A stretch of DNA of 54,958 nucleotides from an uncultured bacterium (GTDB taxonomy: Bacteria > Cyanobacteriota > Vampirovibrionia > Gastranaerophilales > Gastranaerophilaceae), in contig CASEVT010000007.1 of assembly GCA_949291445.1 (NCBI GenBank), positions 1 to 54,958 of the forward strand, read 5' to 3'. The notes under the pieces are model-generated. The model was not told the origin of the DNA, ran no database searches, and worked only from the letters and a program-made list of their open reading frames with translations. The position numbers and the translations under genes were made by a program. Shown piece by piece: positions 49,210-54,958 of this stretch. Within the stretch, counting starts at the first letter, position 1; the number at the start of each line of letters is the position of its first letter.

Positions 49210-50718
49210 CTACTTCTTTACAAACTGATAGATAATATATCTTTCGCCGTCAGCAATCGAAGGAGGAGATTTGTAAATCGCCTTAAAATCCTCCGCCGGA
49301 AAGATTTCATTTTTCGCATAATCAGAATATATTGTAAAAACGACATAAACAGGCTTTGTCTCAAGCTCTTTGGAAAACTGTCGTTTGACAATCCTTGACC
49401 AATTCTTTTTCATATAAATTTTTTCAAGACTGGAATCCCAAACAACATAATCAATCTTTTTTTCTTGCAAAATCGACCAAAGACGACCCTTGGGCAAATA
49501 ATAATATAATCCCAGAGAAAATGGATCGTTTGTAACAGCAATTATTGAATCAGAAGGAAGATTTTTTTGAATAAACTCCGCAGTAGGCTTTGATGCAGAA
49601 TAGTTATAAAACAAATCCGTAACCATATACCTTGCGCCGTTAAAAACGGTCAACAAAAATATCATCCCAATAGAAAAGTTAACCCAAAAATCATTGCTAA
49701 ATTTATATTTTGACTTAGACTCATCATCAGCGAGCACAACCCAAATTCCAAACATTAAAATTAAATATGCAACAGCAATCCTTGTCGGATAAATGAATGC
49801 CCTATACCATAATACATAAATGATTAGTTGAAAAAGCACGGACACAAAAACCAGAAAGAATATTTTTTTGTTGCGCAAAAATAATTGCACCATAGAAAAC
49901 AACGTAAATCCGACAAACAAAATTACCCCCACCAACGTAGGAGCATATATTGTAAAAGTCTTTGTAACCGTGTAATCAACAAGATTTATAAAAAACTGCG
50001 GCACAACAAGCATTATGCTTTTGGATAAATCTTTCAACTTAAAAACGATAGCCGCATTATTACCGGGAGTCCCGATGAGCAAAGAAGCAACAAAAAGCAT
50101 AGACAACACAATTACCGAAAAAGAAAGAATATACTTCTTCCTATCTTCATAACTTGAACTACGCCAGCATTTTAGAATCATCTCCCATAAAAAATAAAGC
50201 GCCAATACACCACAAAAAGCAAACATAATTATATGTGTGCAAGCAATCATGGAGATTATAACAGCATACAAAAACGGTCGAGATTTCCGATGAGGATAAA
50301 CTATACACAACAACGGAATCAACAGCGCAAATAATGAATAACTTCTTGCTATGACCGAAAAGAAATATAAATATCCTGCACTTAATACTATAGATAACTT
50401 CGCAAACTTATTAAACGGCGAATACTGGAGGATTAAAAAACAACCAACGACAGAAACCGCCCAGCAAATAAGCTTCATTGCCATTATAGACAACCCCATC
50501 TTAGCAAACGGCATTATCAAAAAATAAAACAACGGAGGATGCCCCTCATTAGGCAAATGCGCCATTAAACTTCCCACAGAAAGATTTTTCACCAACAGCC
50601 AGACTTGTGCCTCATCAGCCCATACTTCATGGTGGATTACACCATTGAACGTTATTAACCCGAGCAAAATAGTTATCAATATATTTACGAACAATTTTCT
50701 TTTCTCTGTTTTTTCCAT
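49210..50718 (-). CDS. Polytopic GT-C-like membrane glycosyltransferase, paralog A
   Basis: 502 aa, about 11 TM. Reads HHEVWADEAQVWL just after TM1, then EGHPPLFYFLIMPFAK, YSPFNKF, RSYSL. C-terminal ~130-aa soluble domain. The start is 3 nt after the stop of paralog B. Confidence 0.65.
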   Translation of the reverse strand: MEKTEKRKLFVNILITILLGLITFNGVIHHEVWADEAQVWLLVKNLSVGSLMAHLPNEGHPPLFYFLIMPFAKMGLSIMAMKLICWAVSVVGCFLILQYSPFNKFAKLSIVLSAGYLYFFSVIARSYSLFALLIPLLCIVYPHRKSRPFLYAVIISMIACTHIIMFAFCGVLALYFLWEMILKCWRSSSYEDRKKYILSFSVIVLSMLFVASLLIGTPGNNAAIVFKLKDLSKSIMLVVPQFFINLVDYTVTKTFTIYAPTLVGVILFVGFTLFSMVQLFLRNKKIFFLVFVSVLFQLIIYVLWYRAFIYPTRIAVAYLILMFGIWVVLADDESKSKYKFSNDFWVNFSIGMIFLLTVFNGARYMVTDLFYNYSASKPTAEFIQKNLPSDSIIAVTNDPFSLGLYYYLPKGRLWSILQEKKIDYVVWDSSLEKIYMKKNWSRIVKRQFSKELETKPVYVVFTIYSDYAKNEIFPAEDFKAIYKSPPSIADGERYIIYQFVKK

Positions 50719-50721
50719 AAC

Positions 50722-52125
50722 CTAATTCTTTCTTAATCTGTAAATAGCAAATCGTTCATACTCCGAAATAACATCCGGCTTGGATAAATAAATTAGCTCA
50801 GCCCCCTGATATTGAGAGTAAGAATTAGTGAATATATAAACGACCCCATTTTTCCACAAAGAACCTGAAAGGACCAAACCATCGTTTATATACTGCTTTG
50901 GTGCAGTCCAAAGCGAATATGTATAATATTTTTGATACTCGGCAGAATAAAATTTGCGCTCCGGCAAATAAGCAAGCACACCTGCAGTAATAAGATCATA
51001 AGTCGACACAATAACAGCATCAGGCTCAATATTTTTTTGGATAAATTTCGCAACATTCTTGCTGTCAGAATAATCCAATCCCCAATCAGTCAGCGCAAAC
51101 CGCAAACCCGACGGAATTGTTGATAAAAGAAATACTATCGAGCATACATAGACAATAATTTTATCAAAAAGTTTAAACCTATCATCAGAATCTTTTATAC
51201 GCCAAACTACCCATAAACAAAACAATAGTATCAAAATGATTGTATAAGCCCTTTGTGGAAGAAATCGCCATATCCAACGATATATAGCGAATTGAAAAGC
51301 AAAAGACACAAAAAATACAAAAAACATCTTCGGACAACGTTTAAATAAATAAGCAAAAACCGCCAACAAACCGCAATAAAAAATAACCGCAAAAAATCCT
51401 GACGAAAATCCCGTCAAATAAGCAACCCAACTTCTAATAACTGCAATAGTAGTAGTCTCATATACGCTCACATAAATGTGCTGTTCTCTTGCACCCCAAA
51501 GATAGAACACGATTGCACAAAGCGCAATTCCGACAACACTTGCAGCTGTCAAATCGGATCTAAAATCCGCACCGCCTCTTTCTTTAAATAACTCGTATAA
51601 ATACAGCAATAAAAGCGCAAAAACAAACCCGAACATAATTACATGAGTATTGGCGAGCAATATCAATAAAATTGCATACAAATAAGGATTGCATCTTCTT
51701 TTCGGGTAAAAATGCGCGATCAAAAATATTAACAAAGGAATCAAAGAATAACTTCTGGAAAAAACCGGCAAAAGATAGAACATTCCTGAACTGAATAAAA
51801 ATACAGTCTTAAGAAATTTATTAAACGGAGAATAAAAAATAAAAAACGCCCCGCCCGCAAAAACCAACAACCAATTAAAAATCTGCATCCAAAGTACACT
51901 CAAATTGAGCTTTGCAAACGGCAAAATAAGAAAATACCACAACAGCGGATGCCCCTCCGTACGCACATGCCGGATTATCCCGAGCAGGTCCAAATCTCTT
52001 ACGACAAGCCAAGCCTGCGCCTCATCACGCCAAATCTCATGATGCAAAGTCAAAAGCAGCGTTAGCCCTCCCCAGAATAAAAGAATCAAAATATTAAAAA
52101 CCAAATCCTTATTTTTAAGCTGCAT
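50722..52125 (-). CDS. Polytopic GT-C-like membrane glycosyltransferase, paralog B
   Basis: 467 aa. HHEIWRDEAQAWL, EGHPLLWYFLILPFAK, YSPFNKF and RSYSL are colinear with paralog A. SD GGGAGG upstream. Confidence 0.65.
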   Translation of the reverse strand: MQLKNKDLVFNILILLFWGGLTLLLTLHHEIWRDEAQAWLVVRDLDLLGIIRHVRTEGHPLLWYFLILPFAKLNLSVLWMQIFNWLLVFAGGAFFIFYSPFNKFLKTVFLFSSGMFYLLPVFSRSYSLIPLLIFLIAHFYPKRRCNPYLYAILLILLANTHVIMFGFVFALLLLYLYELFKERGGADFRSDLTAASVVGIALCAIVFYLWGAREQHIYVSVYETTTIAVIRSWVAYLTGFSSGFFAVIFYCGLLAVFAYLFKRCPKMFFVFFVSFAFQFAIYRWIWRFLPQRAYTIILILLFCLWVVWRIKDSDDRFKLFDKIIVYVCSIVFLLSTIPSGLRFALTDWGLDYSDSKNVAKFIQKNIEPDAVIVSTYDLITAGVLAYLPERKFYSAEYQKYYTYSLWTAPKQYINDGLVLSGSLWKNGVVYIFTNSYSQYQGAELIYLSKPDVISEYERFAIYRLRKN

Positions 52126-52131
52126 AAAAAA

Positions 52132-53541
52132 TTAACCTCCCGGTATATAAAATCTTTTTATCAAAGTGACGAGCGCAACATAGAGTAAAAAAGTTGAACT
52201 AATAAAAATCAAAAGCGGCAAAAATTTATACTGCAACTTCCGATTGTAAAAGAACAGACACAACAGCGGAAAAACCGGTAACAAATACCTGCCCTGCAAT
52301 CCGCTAATCAACGGCCATTGCTGAAAAACAAGATATATTGAAGTTAGCGTAACAAAAAATATGAAAACATACACAAACAACCCAACAACCTTCATCTTAA
52401 GATCATAATCAACCCCCGCATCACCATCATCCGCACCAAAGAAAGAAGCAATAAACAAAAGTACAACATAATACCAAGTCAAAAACGTAGGCATAACAGT
52501 ATCCATCCACCCGAAGCGCCCGATTAATGTTTCAATGTATTCATAAGTATAAAACATAACAGTCCGATAAACCGCCTTTAAATACTCAAACGGCTCAGTG
52601 ATAATGAACTTTATCAACTCGCCTCGATCACCGCTTGGATAATTATGCGCAAACGGCTGCAATCCGGAATTGACATGGATAGTAAATGCTAAAAATATAC
52701 TTGTATAAACAGCACAAGCCAAAAATAATACACTAAAATACAAAATTCTGACTTTAAACGACTTAAATTTATTTGCAGGTATCAAAAAATATGTAAAAAT
52801 TAACGGCAAATAAGCAAACTTGCACACAGTAATAAGCATAATCAAAATTGCAAAAACCACAAACTCTCGCCCTGAAACAGAAACCACCGAACGATCTAAA
52901 GCAAGCTTCAAAACATAAGCAATAAAAAGAAAACACAACCCCAAAACCAAAGCATCAGTACTAACTGCCGACGCCATATACAAAGACATAGGCAAAATCC
53001 CGATCAAAACAAAAAGCCATTTTCTGAAAGGAACCACCCTGATCGCCGTATAAACCAAACCCGTATATAAAAATAACGAACAAATCCTTATTATATACAT
53101 CATCCACAAAGGGTTTACGGAACACAACTTCATAATCCAAAATACAATATACTGAGGCATATAAGACACAGGCGTATAACTTGAAACTTCATGAAACAAA
53201 AATGCCTGATTATCAGCATCCAACTTGACCCTTAAATCTGATAGTATTTTTTTCTTCTCAATTTTTTGTAAAGGATGAAAATTAACAGACTTGTAATACT
53301 TACCAATTTTAATAAGATTCAACGGCAAATAAGTACCCGCATAACACCCCACCTTCTTAAGAGTCAAAGTCCCCTCGGTATAACCGTACATTTTATAAAA
53401 GTGATCCGTTTCATCAGGAGCCTGAAAAGGCGGATTTATGAACACGAATATTAACCCCCAAAAAAGACAAAACAGCACAAAAAAATTTTGAGGTAAAAAT
53501 AACTTTTTAATACTTAACCACAATAACTCACTAGTTCTCAT
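52132..53541 (-). CDS. Polytopic GT-C-like membrane protein (DUF2142-like, from memory of the PDExxH motif)
   Basis: After TM1 it reads INPPFQAPDETDHFYKMYG, followed by about 10 further TM segments. ATG 53541 overlaps the GT2 stop by 11 nt (the longer track start 53637 would overlap by 107 nt). Confidence 0.6.
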   Translation of the reverse strand: MRTSELLWLSIKKLFLPQNFFVLFCLFWGLIFVFINPPFQAPDETDHFYKMYGYTEGTLTLKKVGCYAGTYLPLNLIKIGKYYKSVNFHPLQKIEKKKILSDLRVKLDADNQAFLFHEVSSYTPVSYMPQYIVFWIMKLCSVNPLWMMYIIRICSLFLYTGLVYTAIRVVPFRKWLFVLIGILPMSLYMASAVSTDALVLGLCFLFIAYVLKLALDRSVVSVSGREFVVFAILIMLITVCKFAYLPLIFTYFLIPANKFKSFKVRILYFSVLFLACAVYTSIFLAFTIHVNSGLQPFAHNYPSGDRGELIKFIITEPFEYLKAVYRTVMFYTYEYIETLIGRFGWMDTVMPTFLTWYYVVLLFIASFFGADDGDAGVDYDLKMKVVGLFVYVFIFFVTLTSIYLVFQQWPLISGLQGRYLLPVFPLLCLFFYNRKLQYKFLPLLIFISSTFLLYVALVTLIKRFYIPGG

Positions 53542-54319
53542 AATAAGGCAGCTTCTCTTGAGGATCCAGTGTTTTTGCATCATTTTTGAATATCCTGGAT
53601 TTATAAATTCCAGTCTTGGCAAGAAAATACTTAACACTTACACTAATCACACCAAAACCATACTTGCAGCTTCGCATAAAATTAATAGAAGACGCATCGG
53701 GAAAATATTTTGTAGGACAACTGATCTGCCCCACCGTATAACCCTTATAAAAAATCAAAGCAAGCATCTCATTATCAAAAATAAAATCATCGTTGCAATC
53801 TTTAAGCGGCAACTTTGTTAATACTTCTCTTGTAAATGCACGAAATCCGGTGTGATATTCACTAAGCCGCTCTTTCATCAAAATATTTTGAAAAAACGTA
53901 AGAAACTTATTAGCCCAAAATTTATAAAGCGGCATGCCACCTTCCAATGCACCTTTACCAATGAACCTAGATGCAATAACCGCATCATATTCACCAAAAG
54001 CAAGCATTGAAGCCATTGCAGGAACAAGCTTCGGCGTATACTGGTAGTCCGGATGCACCATAATCACGATGTCAGCGTCTGTCTGTAATGCAGCAGTGTA
54101 ACAGGTTTTTTGGTTACCGCCATAACCCTTGTTTTTGTCATGGACTATCGTCGTTATATTCAATTTTTTTGCAACTTCTTTGGTTTGATCAGATGAGTTG
54201 TCATCCACCAGTATTATCTCGTCAACTATATCTCTGTATAACTCATTATAAGTTTTCTCCAACGTCTTTTCGGCATTATACGCCGGCATAATAACAACGA
54301 TTTTCTTATTATTAATCAT
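53531..54319 (-). CDS. Glycosyltransferase family 2 (polyprenyl-phosphate sugar synthase-like, soluble)
   Basis: KIVVIMPAYNAEKTLEKT, ILVDDNSSDQT, GYGGNQK, IVIMVHPDYQY. No TM helices. Strong SD GAGGAG precedes ATG 54319. Confidence 0.85.
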   Translation of the reverse strand: MINNKKIVVIMPAYNAEKTLEKTYNELYRDIVDEIILVDDNSSDQTKEVAKKLNITTIVHDKNKGYGGNQKTCYTAALQTDADIVIMVHPDYQYTPKLVPAMASMLAFGEYDAVIASRFIGKGALEGGMPLYKFWANKFLTFFQNILMKERLSEYHTGFRAFTREVLTKLPLKDCNDDFIFDNEMLALIFYKGYTVGQISCPTKYFPDASSINFMRSCKYGFGVISVSVKYFLAKTGIYKSRIFKNDAKTLDPQEKLPYYEN

Positions 54320-54429
54320 CTCAACTCCTCGTACTATCAAAACAATTATACATAAAATTAACCATACAGGTGATAAAAATTACCGCATTTTTACAAATAA
54401 TAAATTCACACAAAAAAGGAGAAAAAATT

Positions 54430-54711
54430 ATGGGAAACGAAATTATAGAAAATATACTCAAAGTCTCGGAAATGACCGGCGGAGTAAAAGAGATTGTGGT
54501 ATTTACAGAGAATTTCAAAATACACGGTACGCTCATAACAGACAAACACGAACTGATTAAACACGTCCTCACCCTAAAGAACGCAACAATCTGTCATCAT
54601 TTTGACGAATGTAGCTGCAACACCGAAAGCCCAACCTATGAATGGCTAAACGTAATGGACGAAAAAATCTGTGCTTTTACAATACTTGGATATATGCACT
54701 GCGAAAACTAA
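54430..54711 (+). CDS. Small hypothetical protein (93 aa), distant paralog of 48184..48531, with Cys/His-rich insert
   Basis: SD AAGGAGAA 8 nt upstream of ATG 54430. EIVVFTENFKIHGTLI...LTLKNATICHHFDECSCNTESPTYEWLNVMDEKICAFTILGYMHCEN. Confidence 0.65.
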   Translation: MGNEIIENILKVSEMTGGVKEIVVFTENFKIHGTLITDKHELIKHVLTLKNATICHHFDECSCNTESPTYEWLNVMDEKICAFTILGYMHCEN

Positions 54712-54721
54712 ATAACAAAAA

Positions 54722-54958
54722 TTACCACTCAATATTGTGCTTAAGATAGTCCATATTTTTCTTGGTTAAAATCCAAGCAGTGCAACTTTTACTATTTATA
54801 GCAACATCGCTTTTCTTCTTACAAAGATACTGTGCATCTTCTCTGCTGCCCTTGGTTCCCACAGGAACAACACCTTCTTTTGTAAGATAGAAAACAAACG
54901 TATTTTTACCTAAAATAGAATTGGAAAAACTAACGTTACCGTTTACATCCTTAATTTG
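54722..54958 (-). CDS. C-terminal fragment of a hypothetical protein (pilin-like C-terminal disulfide region; 5' end outside window)
   Basis: Not in the ORF track because no start lies in the window. The minus-strand frame is open from 54958 to TAA 54722-54724: QIKDVNGNVSFSNSILGKNTFVFYLTKEGVVPVGTKGSREDAQYLCKKKSDVAINSKSCTAWILTKKNMDYLKHNIEW. The two Cys flanking a loop near the C-terminus resemble the pilin D-region. Confidence 0.45.
   Translation of the reverse strand, partial: QIKDVNGNVSFSNSILGKNTFVFYLTKEGVVPVGTKGSREDAQYLCKKKSDVAINSKSCTAWILTKKNMDYLKHNIEW

Noticed and set aside
49102-49398. 98-aa plus-strand ORF overlapping the 3' end of GT-C paralog A
   Set aside because: It has no SD, overlaps a well-supported membrane protein gene, and gives a basic low-complexity translation.
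54375-54726. 10-nt AAAAATTACC present on both sides of the P93 gene (54375-54384 and 54717-54726)
   Set aside because: Too short and too AT-rich to exceed chance in 55 kb. There is no further flanking similarity and no mobile-element genes.

Overview
AT-rich, densely packed bacterial chromosomal segment with about 60 CDSs. I saw no rRNA, tRNA, CRISPR array, transposase or integrase.

**Likely origin (inference only).** The gene content suggests a non-photosynthetic cyanobacterial relative, Melainabacteria/Gastranaerophilales-like. Supporting signs are a short flagellin, prepilin-type proteins, comF/comEC, a GH57 enzyme with a long C-terminal domain, a Ski2/HelY-like helicase with a DSHCT-type end, and a DUF3326-like protein.

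**Housekeeping content.**
- mnmA, prs, eno, trmFO, a NupC-family transporter
- a 17-kb uninterrupted minus-strand block (20.5-37.7 kb) holding yceD-rpmF-plsX-fabH-fabD-fabG-acpP-fabF, GH57, cysS-coaE, a purine nucleoside phosphorylase and a four-subunit 2-oxoacid:ferredoxin oxidoreductase
- rseP, rsmE, cca
- c-di-GMP turnover enzymes: a CHASE2-GGDEF cyclase and an HD-GYP phosphodiesterase

**Most interesting region (47.2-54.7 kb).** This is a glycosylation locus. One soluble GT2 (polyprenyl-phosphate-sugar-synthase-like) is translationally coupled to three polytopic GT-C-like membrane proteins, two of them tandem paralogs. Each carries an Asp-Glu motif just after TM1. A GT9 gene lies next door. 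The locus is bracketed by two distantly paralogous small proteins of unknown family, and no GtrA-like flippase is visible.

**Other points worth a second look.**
- a second, apparently split GT-C-like pair (30.4-32.1 kb)
- an Ala/Gln-rich coiled-coil orphan between comF and comEC, with an unusual C-free purine leader and an 11-nt tandem repeat in the shared promoter region
- ribosomal protein L32 with a roughly 60-aa KE-rich repeat extension
- C-terminal Cys clusters on enolase (CCCGCK) and on a small membrane protein (GCGC)
- an MBL-hydrolase/DUF3326-like/pilin-like overlapping operon
- three convergent gene pairs with overlapping stop codons

All functional calls come from reading motifs by eye. 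No database search was run.
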